Shown here piece by piece: positions 48,039-58,695 of a stretch of 64,000 nucleotides of DNA. The translations under genes and the position numbers were made by a program. Position 1 is the stretch's first letter, and every line of letters starts with the position of its first letter. The stretch is from Cytophagales bacterium (GTDB lineage: Bacteria; Bacteroidota; Bacteroidia; Cytophagales; JAPOQI01): the NCBI GenBank assembly GCA_026710765.1, contig JAPOQI010000147.1:11182-75181 (forward strand). The letters are read 5' to 3'. A model generated the notes under the pieces. The model was not told the origin of the DNA and made no database searches. It saw only the letters and a program-made list of their open reading frames with translations.

Positions 48039-49129
48039 TATCCCCTGAAATTGCCCTCAGAATTGATTTCGAGAGCAGGAAAGGGAAGCTTGACAAAAAA
48101 CATAGCCTGAAAAAGGCCACGAAGAAAGCTATTCTCTACAGGAATCTGAGCCCAATCCACATCTAAGGAAAGCAAATATCGTCGGGTACGAGGTGCATCA
48201 GGAAGCCTTAGTCCATTGAAATATTCATGATTTTCATACTCCCCATACACGTTATCTATGGAATAACCCACGGAAATATCAATCCAAGGCGCTAGGAAAT
48301 CAGAGGATATAATCTTATTTGCTTGCAAACTAGCCCAAAAGGTCTTGCCATTGTAGTCTGAGATAATTCTGTCCATCGGACTCGTGCCAAAGAGACCCCC
48401 AGATACCGTAGCCTCGTGGGAGGGCCATAAGCTAAATTTTAATTTCAAAGGTCTTTCATCCAAATACCAAGTTTGTCCCAAAAATAGGGCAGATCCTAAT
48501 CCATTGGCAATGAGGTCTGGCCAGGAAAAGCCCCATTTTTCTACAAGTCCGTCCGTGATTTCTATGGCAGAAACTAGAGCAAAGGCTGAGAGACCCGAAT
48601 AAAGTAAAGAACTCTTTTTGCTTGCCCCAGCAAATCTGAGCCCATGATAACCTACGTGGGTATAAGACCAGGTATACAACATATGACCCAATTTATCCAT
48701 TTGAAGATATCCACCGAAATCATTTTCAAATGTATAAAATGTAAATTCCTGTCCCTTATACCAAGCATAGCCGAAAGTAGCCCACATCCCACCATATAAG
48801 CCACCTGCCAAACTCAACAAGCCAATCAAACGGGTACGATTCAAACTATCAGCAGCCACAACAAATGGGGATGGGGCAGAAAACATAGTCTCAGTCCCCA
48901 CGGACAAGGGATAGGTGTAATCCATTCCCAAAGCAGAAGCATGCATTCCTATACCCTGATTTAAAGATCCAAAGGAAGAGGCAGATAGATTAAGATAAGG
49001 GGTCCAGCATGAAGTTCCGATCAGTAAAATCAGAAAGAATTCGCGCGTCCGCACCCGCATCTGGGGTCCTATGATTAGATAAGTCTTTCGTGTTGATCTT
49101 ATTTTCTTTACGGTATTGAGCCTATACAT
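48023..49129 (-). CDS. DUF2279-like outer-membrane/periplasmic protein
   Basis: The pattern WY....F.F.ND...YLQMDKLGH resembles DUF2279 (from memory). It overlaps lpxB by 8 bp and cca by 16 bp. Confidence 0.5.
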   Translation of the reverse strand: MYRLNTVKKIRSTRKTYLIIGPQMRVRTREFFLILLIGTSCWTPYLNLSASSFGSLNQGIGMHASALGMDYTYPLSVGTETMFSAPSPFVVAADSLNRTRLIGLLSLAGGLYGGMWATFGYAWYKGQEFTFYTFENDFGGYLQMDKLGHMLYTWSYTHVGYHGLRFAGASKKSSLLYSGLSAFALVSAIEITDGLVEKWGFSWPDLIANGLGSALFLGQTWYLDERPLKLKFSLWPSHEATVSGGLFGTSPMDRIISDYNGKTFWASLQANKIISSDFLAPWIDISVGYSIDNVYGEYENHEYFNGLRLPDAPRTRRYLLSLDVDWAQIPVENSFLRGLFQAMFFVKLPFPALEINSEGNFRGYWLYF

Positions 49130-50261
49130 TTTTTGGGGAATTTAGAAAGTCTAATACTTGATGGGCTACTTCTTTTCCGGCTTCTTTATTTCCTAGTAGG
49201 GATCGGATGCTTTTGAAATCTGTTAAGATATTTTTCCGATAGCTTGAATTTTCAATCAATTTATTCAATTCCTTTTCCACCTTGAAGGTATTCACTTTAC
49301 TTGCAATATATTCTTTAATGGTTTCTTTTCCCAATATTAGATTGGGTAGGGAAACCACGGACTTATGCACCAAAAGGGGAAACAATGCTTTAGTGAGCCA
49401 GTGAAATTGATGACATATCATGTGGGGAACATCCAATAGGGCAGCTTCTAAAGAAGCGGTTCCCAGACCTACTATGGCAGCTTGTGATATCTTGAGAATA
49501 TCATAAAATCTCTTATATACCACCCGAACATTTTCCATGTCTTGTACAAGAGCATAGGATTTTTCTAACCCTGCTATCGCAGGAATATAAAAGCGGATAT
49601 CCTTCCGCCTAGAAATCATCGGTAAAAGGGATTTCAGCACCTTGACATCATCTGATCTGCTGCCCGGAAGAAGGGCTACCCGAAGATTAGAATCTTGACA
49701 TTGGGTTTGGATCCAATCCTTATCCCATACATGCTGTTTTATGTGGTGAACCGAAGGATTGCCTACATAATGAACGCAAGGATGGTGTTCCCGAAAATAT
49801 TCGTATTCAAAGGGAAAAATACAGAGAATGCATTGTATGTACCTATTTAGACTCTTGAGACGATAGGATCGTGAGAGCCAGGTCTTAGGTGGAATATAAT
49901 ACAGATTGGGAATACCCAAACTGTGTGTGAACTTTGCCAAAGGAAGATTAAATCCCGGAAAATCAACATATAGCATGAGATCAGGACGATAGGATAAGAT
50001 GTCTTTCTCGCAGCTCTTACGTTTTTTATTTTGGACACCTAGCTTTCGTAGGGTTTCTGTGATCCCTTTCGCGGAGAGTTCATGGTGTACGCTGAAAAGA
50101 TCCACCCCCAGCTCTTGCATGGCGTGTCCTCCGATCCCCCGAAACTGAAGATGAGAAGATGAAGAACGTCTGAGTGCCTCTATTAGCTGGGCAGCATGCA
50201 TATCACCTGATCGCTCGCCTACGACAATATAAATCTTTTGCATGTCTTTGATTCCTACCAT
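49122..50261 (-). CDS. lpxB: Lipid-A-disaccharide synthase
   Basis: IYIVVGERSGDMHAAQLIEAL N-terminus, 379 aa, GT19 pattern. Confidence 0.9.
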   Translation of the reverse strand: MVGIKDMQKIYIVVGERSGDMHAAQLIEALRRSSSSHLQFRGIGGHAMQELGVDLFSVHHELSAKGITETLRKLGVQNKKRKSCEKDILSYRPDLMLYVDFPGFNLPLAKFTHSLGIPNLYYIPPKTWLSRSYRLKSLNRYIQCILCIFPFEYEYFREHHPCVHYVGNPSVHHIKQHVWDKDWIQTQCQDSNLRVALLPGSRSDDVKVLKSLLPMISRRKDIRFYIPAIAGLEKSYALVQDMENVRVVYKRFYDILKISQAAIVGLGTASLEAALLDVPHMICHQFHWLTKALFPLLVHKSVVSLPNLILGKETIKEYIASKVNTFKVEKELNKLIENSSYRKNILTDFKSIRSLLGNKEAGKEVAHQVLDFLNSPKNV

Positions 50262-50316
50262 ATCGTCCTTGATGTGGAGATGAAGACTTTAATTTACAAG
50301 CTTTTTTCTTAATTTT

Positions 50317-51816
50317 GTGGGCATGGCAGAATCTAATAACTATCCGAAATCTCAAAATGACCCGATTCTTTCTATGGAAGAGGGTATTGCGTATGATGAT
50401 GTCTTGCTTGTACCTGCTTATGCTGATATTCTTCCAGATCAGGTCCGAATAGAAACCCAGCTTACGCGGAATATCTCCATCATGATTCCGGTTTTGTCCT
50501 CTGCCATGGACACCGTTACGGAATCGAGTATGGCTATTGCTATGGCACTTTCAGGAGGCATTGGTTGTGTGCATAAAAACATGTCTATTTCCCGACAAGT
50601 CGAAGAAATCCGAAAGGTCAAAAGATTTCAGTCGGGTATGATACTAGATCCCATTTATTTGGAGGATGAAACCACCCTTCGGGAAGCTGTCGACATCATA
50701 AAAAGACATCGTATTGGGGGAATCCCTATTGTGAAAAAAGATAAAACCTTGGTGGGTATCGTGACCAACAGAGATCTACGATTTTTGAAATCCGACAACA
50801 GACCCATTAGCTCCGTCATGACCCCAAACCCCTTAATTACGGGAAGGGTAGGCATAGGATTGGAGGAAGCCGCCCATATTCTTCAACAGCACAAAATAGA
50901 AAAGTTACCCATTGTGGATGAAAAAGGAGTATTGAAGGGATTAATTACCTACAAGGATATTTTGAAAAAATCGGATCATCCCCATGCTACCCGAGATTCC
51001 TATGGTCGTCTCCAGGTAGGGGCTGCCTTGGGATTAACAGAAGATGTATTCCTTCGGGTCAAAGCGCTCAAAGAAGCTGAAGTAGATTTTTTCGTCATAG
51101 ATACTGCACACGCCCATTCTAAGGGGGTAATCTCTTTGGCAGAGGAAATTAAAAAAACCCTAGATATAGATCTAGTGGTGGGAAATATAGCCACAGCAGA
51201 GGCTGCCAAAAGTCTTATTAAGATAGGGGTAGATGCGGTGAAGGTGGGAATTGGCCCCGGCAGTATCTGTACTACACGGGTGATTGCGGGTGTGGGGGTC
51301 CCCCAGTTCACGGCAGTAGCAAATGTATCCAGTGTCGCCCGAAAGAACAAAATCCCTGTGATCGCAGACGGAGGTATTCGCTACTCGGGAGACATTGTTA
51401 AAGCCCTAGCCATAGGTGCCGACTCGGTCATGATGGGATCCCTATTGGCAGGCACCGATGAAACACCAGGAGAGGTTATCATTCTGCAAGGAAAAAAATA
51501 TAAAACCTATCGGGGAATGGGGTCTGTGGAATCCATGCAACAGGGATCATCAGATAGATATTTTCAAGCACCCTATACGGATTCTAAAAAACTAGTCCCC
51601 GAAGGTGTAGTGGGACAGGTCCCATACCGAGGACCCGTAGCCGAAGTATTGCATCAACTCGTAGGGGGCATTCGCTCGGGCATGGGATATTGCGGCGCGA
51701 AGGATCTGAGCGAACTCAGAAAAACACAATTCATACGAGTCACCCCCGCAGGCGTCAGAGAAAGCCACCCACACGACGTGATCATCACCAGAGAAGCACC
51801 TAATTACTCAGGATAA
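50317..51816 (+). CDS. guaB: IMP dehydrogenase
   Basis: YDDVLLVP, tandem CBS domains, catalytic loop [11 protein letters not shown], and GGIRYSGD. The true start may be the ATG at 50323 or the ATG at 50374. Confidence 0.95.
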   Translation: MGMAESNNYPKSQNDPILSMEEGIAYDDVLLVPAYADILPDQVRIETQLTRNISIMIPVLSSAMDTVTESSMAIAMALSGGIGCVHKNMSISRQVEEIRKVKRFQSGMILDPIYLEDETTLREAVDIIKRHRIGGIPIVKKDKTLVGIVTNRDLRFLKSDNRPISSVMTPNPLITGRVGIGLEEAAHILQQHKIEKLPIVDEKGVLKGLITYKDILKKSDHPHATRDSYGRLQVGAALGLTEDVFLRVKALKEAEVDFFVIDTAHAHSKGVISLAEEIKKTLDIDLVVGNIATAEAAKSLIKIGVDAVKVGIGPGSICTTRVIAGVGVPQFTAVANVSSVARKNKIPVIADGGIRYSGDIVKALAIGADSVMMGSLLAGTDETPGEVIILQGKKYKTYRGMGSVESMQQGSSDRYFQAPYTDSKKLVPEGVVGQVPYRGPVAEVLHQLVGGIRSGMGYCGAKDLSELRKTQFIRVTPAGVRESHPHDVIITREAPNYSG

Positions 51817-51986
51817 ATAGACCAAGAGAAAAGAAACCTGGGCTACTGAAACATGGATCTATTCTTTTTGAAGATAGCCCTCATAGCTGCTACTTTAAAT
51901 TCATCCATGCTCTGTTGTTTATAAATCTCTACCCGAGCATCCAAGATAAGAATATTTTTATGAGGGGATAGTTTGAAAGATTTTTG

Positions 51987-51994
51987 TATCTTTG
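51987..51994 (+). promoter_or_regulatory. Candidate Bacteroidota -7 promoter box (TAnnTTTG) upstream of the nicotinamidase-like gene
   Basis: tatctttg matches the TAnnTTTG consensus exactly and lies 55 nt upstream of the ATG at 52049. I saw no well-spaced -33 element. Confidence 0.3.
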
Positions 51995-52048
51995 TATTCG
52001 CCTTCGGGCTTGGCTAAGTGATTTATGAAATTCTAAACATTAAGAGAT

Positions 52049-52597
52049 ATGAAAAACGCGCTGATTATTATAGATATGCTAAACGATTTTGTGGATGGTG
52101 TCCTGGCTAACAAGGATGCTTATGAGATTATCCCACGTATTAAATCCTTGTTAGAACATGCTCGGAAATCTGAGGATTGGGTTGTGGTTTATTCCAACGA
52201 CGCACACAAGGATGGGGATCGGGAAATCAAACTTTGGGGTGCACACGCTGTGGTGGGGACTGCGGGTGCAGAGGTTGTATCAGATCTGAGTCCCCAGAAA
52301 TCTGGCAGGGAATTGATTTCTCCCAAGTCATTTTATGGTGCCTTTGAGGAAACGGGTTTGGCTGAAAAATTAAAAGCAAAGGGGATAAAAAATGTATATC
52401 TCACAGGGCAACATACCAACTGTTGTGTCCGCCACACAGCCTATGGTGCCTTTCGTCACGATTTTGAAATCTTTGTACCTAAGGATGCAGTTGTTTCTTT
52501 TGGTGGCGAGTCAAATGATGATGCGTTGAATTATCTCAAAACCATCTATGGCGCCATCATTACAGACGTGCAAGAAATACTTGCTGGGAAATCCTAA
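52049..52597 (+). CDS. pncA: Isochorismatase-family cysteine hydrolase, nicotinamidase-like
   Basis: ALIIIDMLNDF, the K..... and TGQHTNCCV catalytic Asp-Lys-Cys pattern. Confidence 0.75.
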   Translation: MKNALIIIDMLNDFVDGVLANKDAYEIIPRIKSLLEHARKSEDWVVVYSNDAHKDGDREIKLWGAHAVVGTAGAEVVSDLSPQKSGRELISPKSFYGAFEETGLAEKLKAKGIKNVYLTGQHTNCCVRHTAYGAFRHDFEIFVPKDAVVSFGGESNDDALNYLKTIYGAIITDVQEILAGKS

Positions 52598-52616
52598 GCC
52601 CCCACTTGGATTCCCC

Positions 52617-53753
52617 TTAGCTTTCCGAGATCTTAGATAGGATTTCCATGAAGATGTCTATCTCTTCTCGGGTGTTGTTCTGATCAAAAGAGAGACGAAG
52701 ATAAGCGTGGGTGGATGGGAAGTCCAGTACATCCAAAACATATGAGCGGTGGGCGGCTCCAGATCCGCATGCACTGCCTCCCGACACAGATATCCCCTCA
52801 ATATCCAATCGCATAGCTAGGGTTTCTTGCTCTTGTCCTGGAATTCCTATATGTAGGATACATGGATGTGTCTTTTCGGGAATGAAGGAAATATCCTCTC
52901 TCCAGGCTTGAAGACGCTGAATAGCATATTGCTTTGTATCATGTAAATCGCTTTGCCGAGAAGGGGTATTCCAGTGTTGATGATGAAGAGCCAGGGCCTT
53001 GGCCATCCCGACAATAGCGGCCAAATTTTCGGTTCCTGAACGTAGATTTCGTTCTTGTCCTCCTCCGTGGACTTGTGGGCTTAGCTTATTACCTTGTTGA
53101 AGATACAGGAGCCCAATACCCTTCGGACCATGGAATTTATGTGCCGAAGCTACAAAGCTGTGTAAACCTGTCCATGAAGAATTGAGTTCGGGATGCCCAA
53201 GGGCTTGTACCCGATCTGAATGCCACCAGACTGAATATTTCTGGGAAAGAAATTGGATAGAATCCATGTCCGTCAGGGTCCCCAATTCATTATGCACATG
53301 CATGAGAGAAAGTAGTGTGGGCTTTTTATGAAGTTTTTTTAATAAGCTTTCTAAATGATTCATATCGGGTTGACCCCATGGGGAGAGTCTGAGGTAATGG
53401 AGACGAACACCTTGATGCTGGGCAAGCTCTGAAAGAACCTCCCTAACAGAAGGATGCTCTATCTCAGAGCTAATCACATGATGAATATTATGTTCCTGAA
53501 TGAGTCCCTTGAGGGCTAAATTATTAGCTTCTGTACCCCCCGAGACAAAATATAACTCGTTCGCAGAAAGCCCCAGAAGCTCTGCCAAATTATAACGAGC
53601 CTCTTCTAATGCGTTTTTAAGATAGCGTCCTGGCTGATGCGTACTATTCGGATTTCCCTGATGCTGACTCAGGTACGGCAACATAGCTTGCAATACCCCT
53701 TTATCTAGAGGTGTAGAAGCAGCATGATCAAAATATATACGTTTCTGAGACAT
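52617..53753 (-). CDS. Cysteine desulfurase (class V aminotransferase, NifS/IscS-like)
   Basis: IYFDHAASTP, SGGTEANN, a SAHKFHGPKG PLP-lysine motif and the SGSAC active-site loop. I start the gene at MSQKRIYFDHAA (53753), not at the track start of 53825. Confidence 0.85.
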   Translation of the reverse strand: MSQKRIYFDHAASTPLDKGVLQAMLPYLSQHQGNPNSTHQPGRYLKNALEEARYNLAELLGLSANELYFVSGGTEANNLALKGLIQEHNIHHVISSEIEHPSVREVLSELAQHQGVRLHYLRLSPWGQPDMNHLESLLKKLHKKPTLLSLMHVHNELGTLTDMDSIQFLSQKYSVWWHSDRVQALGHPELNSSWTGLHSFVASAHKFHGPKGIGLLYLQQGNKLSPQVHGGGQERNLRSGTENLAAIVGMAKALALHHQHWNTPSRQSDLHDTKQYAIQRLQAWREDISFIPEKTHPCILHIGIPGQEQETLAMRLDIEGISVSGGSACGSGAAHRSYVLDVLDFPSTHAYLRLSFDQNNTREEIDIFMEILSKISES

Positions 53754-53861
53754 CAAAAATATGGACAGTATGAAGAACGAATATGCAAAGGAAAAGAAAA
53801 CAAATAAAAAGTTCTTCATATTCATGGAAAGTATAGCTGAGAGATAATCTGGGAATCTGGG

Positions 53862-54866
53862 TTGAAAGTTTTATCTTGGGTAATTATGGGACGAGTCATA
53901 CAATTTCGGGAGGCACTTAAAGAAGCCTTGCAAGAGGAGATGCAAAGGGATGAGAAGGTCTTTCTTATGGGAGAAGAGGTTGCTGAGTACAATGGTGCTT
54001 ACAAGGTGAGTCAGGGGTTGTTGGACGAGTTTGGCCCTGAACGTGTGGTGGATACCCCCATTTCGGAATTGGGTTTTGCGGGTTTAGGGGTAGGGGCTGC
54101 TATGAATGGTCTACGCCCTATTATAGAATTCATGACCTTTAATTTTTCTCTTGTAGCCATTGATCAGGTGATCAATAGTGCTGCCAAAATGTTATTTATG
54201 TCGGGAGGACAATGTCCTGTACCCATCGTGTTTCGGGGACCTACCGGAAATGCAGGGCAATTATCTGCACAGCATTCTCAAAATTTTGAAAATTGGTATG
54301 CCAACACGCCAGGATTAAAGGTTGTCGTTCCCTCCACACCCTATACCGCTAAGGGATTACTTAAATCAGCTATCCGAGATGATAATCCCGTAATATTTAT
54401 GGAATCAGAACTTATGTATGGGGATAAAGAAGAAGTTCCTGAGGAAGAGTATCTCTTAGCGATTGGAAAGGCAGAAGTACTTCAAGAGGGAAAGGACATA
54501 AGTCTCCTCTCCTTTGGAAAAATAATGAAATTGGCAGTCGCCGCAGCAGAAATCTTAGGTAAAGAGGGCAAATCGGTAGAACTGATAGATTTGCGAACCG
54601 TCCGTCCCATAGATTATGAAACCATTTGTGCTTCAGTGCAGAAAACCAATAGATTGGTGATTGTAGAGGAGGCTTGGCCCCTGGCTTCCATCTCTTCTGA
54701 GATTGCCTATCATGTACAACGTTATGCTTTTGATTATCTAGATGCGCCTGTTCAACGGGTCAGCAATTTGGACATTCCACTGGGTTATGCACCTACTTTG
54801 GTAGAGGCTAGTTTGCCCAGCCTTAAGAGGATATTAGATTCCCTTCGCCAGGTGCTTTACGAGTAG
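53862..54866 (+). CDS. pdhB: 2-oxoacid (pyruvate) dehydrogenase E1 component, beta subunit
   Basis: FREALKEALQEEMQRDEKVFLMGEEVAEYNGAYKVSQGL...DTPISE...GLRPI. The likely start is MGRVIQ at 53886. No E1-alpha gene is adjacent. Confidence 0.88.
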   Translation: MKVLSWVIMGRVIQFREALKEALQEEMQRDEKVFLMGEEVAEYNGAYKVSQGLLDEFGPERVVDTPISELGFAGLGVGAAMNGLRPIIEFMTFNFSLVAIDQVINSAAKMLFMSGGQCPVPIVFRGPTGNAGQLSAQHSQNFENWYANTPGLKVVVPSTPYTAKGLLKSAIRDDNPVIFMESELMYGDKEEVPEEEYLLAIGKAEVLQEGKDISLLSFGKIMKLAVAAAEILGKEGKSVELIDLRTVRPIDYETICASVQKTNRLVIVEEAWPLASISSEIAYHVQRYAFDYLDAPVQRVSNLDIPLGYAPTLVEASLPSLKRILDSLRQVLYE

Positions 54867-54911
54867 TTTTGAAATCTCTGAAGCTCTTGGATTCATCGTT
54901 CATATCCTTTC

Positions 54912-56111
54912 GTGTATAGTTTAGGGTCTTATTTGCATCGGGGTCTTACCTTCTTAAATAATAGGTATTTCCCTTCCCGCAAACGGCTGTCCACCCTGAT
55001 GATATATGCGACAGATCTATGTGACTCAGCGTGTAAGCATTGTCTGATCTGGGCCAAAAGACCCGTTAAACATCTTCCTTTCGAGACGATCCGGCAGCTA
55101 CTCCAAAAAAATAAATGCGTTTCCTCCCAAACCCTTGTAGGATTAGAAGGAGGGGAATTCCTGCTCCATCCTGAAGCCATGGAAATCCTAGCCTGGATGC
55201 GAAAACATCATCCCCGATTTGATTTATTATCCAATTGTTTGAAGCCCGATAAGCTGATTCGTGCTGTGGAAAAATATCCCCCTCAGAGATTATATGTTTC
55301 CCTGGATGGAGACAAGGATACCTATCTTTATATGCGAGGAAAAGAGGGTTATGATTCGGTTCTTTCGGTAATTCAGACCCTTCATAAACGGGTTCCGATT
55401 TCAGTCATGTTTTGTCTATCGCCTTATAATGATTTTGAAGACATGAAACATGTGGGGGAGGTATCTCAGAAATATGGGGTAGATATGCGGGTAGGCGTTT
55501 ATAACGACATTGCTTTTTTTGATACCCTAGAAAAGGCTCACGAGACCGATATAGCAGAGAAAAAGGATAAGACAAAGCTTGTTTACAAAGAGGTTAAGCC
55601 GATTAAGGATAAAATACAGATGGACAAAGGGAAATCAGAACAAAAAGATCTCTCCACTCCCAAGCATCAGGTCCGTGATTACCAACCTTTTCACGAACAG
55701 ATACCCTCTGTCGTCTCGGATTTTCCCGAGAATCGGGAATTTCTTATTCTCTACGAAGCCTGGCGCCGAAAGAAATTAAAATTAAAATGTCATAGCATTT
55801 TAGATAGTTTAATTGTGCTTCCGGATGGAACAGTCCCGATTTGTCAAAACCTGGATACCAAATTAGGATCCATATACCAAGACTCCCTGGATCATATTTT
55901 TAATAGTCCCTCTTCTCAGAAAATTCAGGACAAGCATGTTCATCATTGTAATCAGTGTTGGATCAATTTTCACAGGAAATATGACATAGTCCTGTACCGT
56001 ACCTTTGAACGGTTTTTTGGCACACGTACAACAGCAAAATTATTGGGTTATTATCAATGGTCAGATGAACCCATCACGTATTCTTCGCTGATGAAGAAGT
56101 ACAGCCATTAG
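54912..56111 (+). CDS. Radical SAM enzyme with a Cys-containing C-terminal (SPASM/twitch-like) region
   Basis: CxxxCxxC cluster motif within YATDLCDSACKHCLIW, GGEFLLHP glycine-rich SAM motif, C-terminal PICQNLDTKLGSI...HHCNQCW, and a Lys/Asp-rich insert at aa ~225-265. GTG start. Confidence 0.75.
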   Translation: MYSLGSYLHRGLTFLNNRYFPSRKRLSTLMIYATDLCDSACKHCLIWAKRPVKHLPFETIRQLLQKNKCVSSQTLVGLEGGEFLLHPEAMEILAWMRKHHPRFDLLSNCLKPDKLIRAVEKYPPQRLYVSLDGDKDTYLYMRGKEGYDSVLSVIQTLHKRVPISVMFCLSPYNDFEDMKHVGEVSQKYGVDMRVGVYNDIAFFDTLEKAHETDIAEKKDKTKLVYKEVKPIKDKIQMDKGKSEQKDLSTPKHQVRDYQPFHEQIPSVVSDFPENREFLILYEAWRRKKLKLKCHSILDSLIVLPDGTVPICQNLDTKLGSIYQDSLDHIFNSPSSQKIQDKHVHHCNQCWINFHRKYDIVLYRTFERFFGTRTTAKLLGYYQWSDEPITYSSLMKKYSH

Positions 56112-56125
56112 AAACACCATTATTA

Positions 56126-56956
56126 GTGCTTCCTTTTCGGGTTTACATTGTTCATTTGTTTCGGGCATCCCATCGTCGGGTTCATATGGATGAGCAGCTT
56201 CGTTTGGCAGGGATCACGAATTATAGCTATGTGGAGGGAGTGGATGGTCGAAAGCTTGGGAAGGCAGATCTATCCTTGCATGCTACCTCGGATGCGAAAT
56301 TAAGTTTCTCTGAATTGGGTTGTTATTTGAGTCATGTACGGGCTTGGGAGCAGATGGATCGGGATGGGGTGGAAGTGGCTTTGATCTTGGAAGACGATGT
56401 CATTATTTCGGCAGACCTGGTTTCTGTATTATCCCGGATTAATAAATTTCCCCCAAATTGGGAGCTGATACACGTTGCGGATATTCCTGCTGATCCCAAT
56501 GCACCACATCAACTAAATCATTGGGGTATTGTCGATCTGGATTCTTCCTATGTGATAGGAACATCCATGTCCTACCGAATTACAGGCTTGGGTTATTTGG
56601 TTCATCTTCGGGGCGTAAAGAATATTCTTCCTTTTCTCAGAAAGCCCATTTTCAAACCCGTAGATCACATGCTTTTTGAGTACAGCTCTAACTATCATTT
56701 TTTTCATAGCATCAAACCTTCTTTGGTCTTCTTGAGGAGGGATATAAAATCTGAACTACGAAACAAAGATTCATTCAACAATCTGGGCGAACACCTAAAC
56801 TGGCAAACAAGAATAGCAGGTATACTTTCCAAGTGGACCTGGAATATTTTATCTTTTTTCCCAGTTCCAGCCAAGAGATATACAACTCGGAGAGAACAGA
56901 ACATGCTCATGTATTTTCTACATTTGCTACGAGACTATTTTTTCCGTAGGAGATGA
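56126..56956 (+). CDS. Glycosyltransferase family 25 paralog 1 (most divergent; GTG start)
   Basis: VYIVHL.R...RR.HMDEQL..AGI, VDGRKL, ELGCYLSH..AW, ALILEDDVI. The pattern is as in the LgtB/Lic2-type GT25 family. Confidence 0.8.
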   Translation: MLPFRVYIVHLFRASHRRVHMDEQLRLAGITNYSYVEGVDGRKLGKADLSLHATSDAKLSFSELGCYLSHVRAWEQMDRDGVEVALILEDDVIISADLVSVLSRINKFPPNWELIHVADIPADPNAPHQLNHWGIVDLDSSYVIGTSMSYRITGLGYLVHLRGVKNILPFLRKPIFKPVDHMLFEYSSNYHFFHSIKPSLVFLRRDIKSELRNKDSFNNLGEHLNWQTRIAGILSKWTWNILSFFPVPAKRYTTRREQNMLMYFLHLLRDYFFRRR

Positions 56957-56977
56957 GTGCAATAAGCCTTTAAAGAT

Positions 56978-57814
56978 ATGCTTCCTTTTCCTGTTTATAT
57001 TATTCATTTGTTTCGGGCTTCTCATCGTAGGGTTCATATGGATGAGCAGCTTCGTTTGGCAGGGATCACGAATTATAGCTATGTAGAAGCCGTGGATGGT
57101 CGAAAATTGGGTAAGGAAGATCTATCCTTGCATTGTTCTCCGGACACGAAATTAAGTTTCTCTGAATTGGGTTGCTATTTGAGTCATGTACGGGCTTGGG
57201 AGCAGATGGATCGGGATGGGGTAGAGATGGCTTTGATCTTGGAGGACGATGTCATTCTTAGCACAGACATAGTTCCCGTGCTATCTCAAACTTCCCGTTT
57301 TCCGCCAAACTGGGAACTGATACATATTGCGGAGAACGGCTATCGGTTGACCCCTCATCATGTATTGAATCACTGGAGAAGGAAAAAACTGACTTCGTCC
57401 TATCAGATAGGAATATCTATGTCCTCACGGGTTACGGGTATGGGTTATTTGGTCCATCAACGTGGGCTAAAGAGATCTTTGCCTCGCCTTAGAAAGGCCG
57501 TAGAAATTCCCGTTGACCTCGTTCTTTTTGACCATGATAGGGGAAGTTCTTTTTATCACAGCGTCAAACCTTCCTTGATCTTCTTGAGGAGGGATATAAA
57601 ATCTGATATACGGGATACTAAGACGGTAGAATGGGAAAAACGTCCTAATTCTCTGATGGAAAAAATTCATATTTTTGTGTTTGGGTCAATTTTGAATTTC
57701 CTCCGTTTTTTCCCTCCGCCCAGGAGAATACGTATGCCCTATCCTCGGGGGACAATAAGATTTAGATATTATCTCATTCGCCTGGTTTGGGATTACTTTT
57801 TCCGCAGGAGATGA
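56978..57814 (+). CDS. Glycosyltransferase family 25 paralog 2
   Basis: Same signature as paralog 1, with the tail RFRYYLIRLVWDYFFRRR. Confidence 0.8.
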   Translation: MLPFPVYIIHLFRASHRRVHMDEQLRLAGITNYSYVEAVDGRKLGKEDLSLHCSPDTKLSFSELGCYLSHVRAWEQMDRDGVEMALILEDDVILSTDIVPVLSQTSRFPPNWELIHIAENGYRLTPHHVLNHWRRKKLTSSYQIGISMSSRVTGMGYLVHQRGLKRSLPRLRKAVEIPVDLVLFDHDRGSSFYHSVKPSLIFLRRDIKSDIRDTKTVEWEKRPNSLMEKIHIFVFGSILNFLRFFPPPRRIRMPYPRGTIRFRYYLIRLVWDYFFRRR

Positions 57815-57834
57815 CTTAGATATCCTTTAAAGAT

Positions 57835-58674
57835 ATGCTTCCTTTTCCGGTTTATATTGTTCACCTGTCTCGGAACGTCCATCGTCGGGTTCATATGGAT
57901 GAGCAGCTTCGTTTGGCAGGGATCACGAATTATAGCCATGTAGAGGGAGTAGATGGTCAAAAACTGGGTAAGGCAGATCTATCCTTGCATTGTTCTCCGG
58001 GTGCGAAATTGAGTTTGGGTGAATTGGGCTGTTATTTGAGTCATAGGCAGATTTGGGAGCAGATGGATCGGGATGAGGTGGAGATGGCTTTGATCTTGGA
58101 AGACGATGTCATTCTTAGCACAGACATAGTTCCCGTGCTATCTCAAACTTCCCGTTTTCTGCCAAACTGGGAACTGATACATGTTGCGGATATCAGCTAC
58201 CAATTGAGTCATCCTCATATATTGAATCATTGGGGAAGAAGAAGACTGGCTTTGTCCTATCAGATAGGAATATCTATGTCCTCACGGATTACCGGTATGG
58301 GTTATTTGATTCATCAACGTGGGCTAAAGAGATCTTTGCCTCGCCTCAGAAAGCCTATAAAACTGCCCATTGACTCTACCCTCTTTGACTATAGCAGGGG
58401 GGTGAGTTTTTTTCATAGCATCAAACCTTCTTTGATATCCTTAAAAAAAGATATAGAATCTGACATACGGGATAATAGAACCGAGATAGAGTGGAAAAAA
58501 GGTCCTTCAAACCTGTCATCCATCGAGAGAATTTTTCCTTTTTTACATGAGAATATTTGGGTTTTTCTTTCTTTTTTTCCTCCGCCTCGGAGAATATATG
58601 ATCCGTGGGGAAAAATAAGATTTAGATATTATCTCATTCGCCTGGTTTGGGATTACTTTTTCCGCAGGAGATGA
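57835..58674 (+). CDS. Glycosyltransferase family 25 paralog 3
   Basis: Same signature as paralog 1. The 3' end and following spacer are identical to those of paralog 2. Confidence 0.8.
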   Translation: MLPFPVYIVHLSRNVHRRVHMDEQLRLAGITNYSHVEGVDGQKLGKADLSLHCSPGAKLSLGELGCYLSHRQIWEQMDRDEVEMALILEDDVILSTDIVPVLSQTSRFLPNWELIHVADISYQLSHPHILNHWGRRRLALSYQIGISMSSRITGMGYLIHQRGLKRSLPRLRKPIKLPIDSTLFDYSRGVSFFHSIKPSLISLKKDIESDIRDNRTEIEWKKGPSNLSSIERIFPFLHENIWVFLSFFPPPRRIYDPWGKIRFRYYLIRLVWDYFFRRR

Positions 58675-58695
58675 CTTAGATATCCTTTAAAAGGT

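Noticed and set aside
50310-50317. Perfect TAnnTTTG box (taattttg) as a guaB promoter
   Set aside because: It lies only 6 nt from the ATG at 50323 and overlaps the GTG at 50317. It would make sense only if translation starts at the ATG at 50374 ([12 protein letters not shown]). The start codon is unresolved, so I did not list it as a feature.
51817-52048. Possible gene remnant on the minus strand (…ILILDARVEIYKQQSMDEFKVAAMRAIFKKNRSMFQ*) in the guaB-pncA gap
   Set aside because: The open frame is under 60 codons, has no upstream start codon and shows no recognisable family signature. The region also contains a plausible promoter for the downstream gene.
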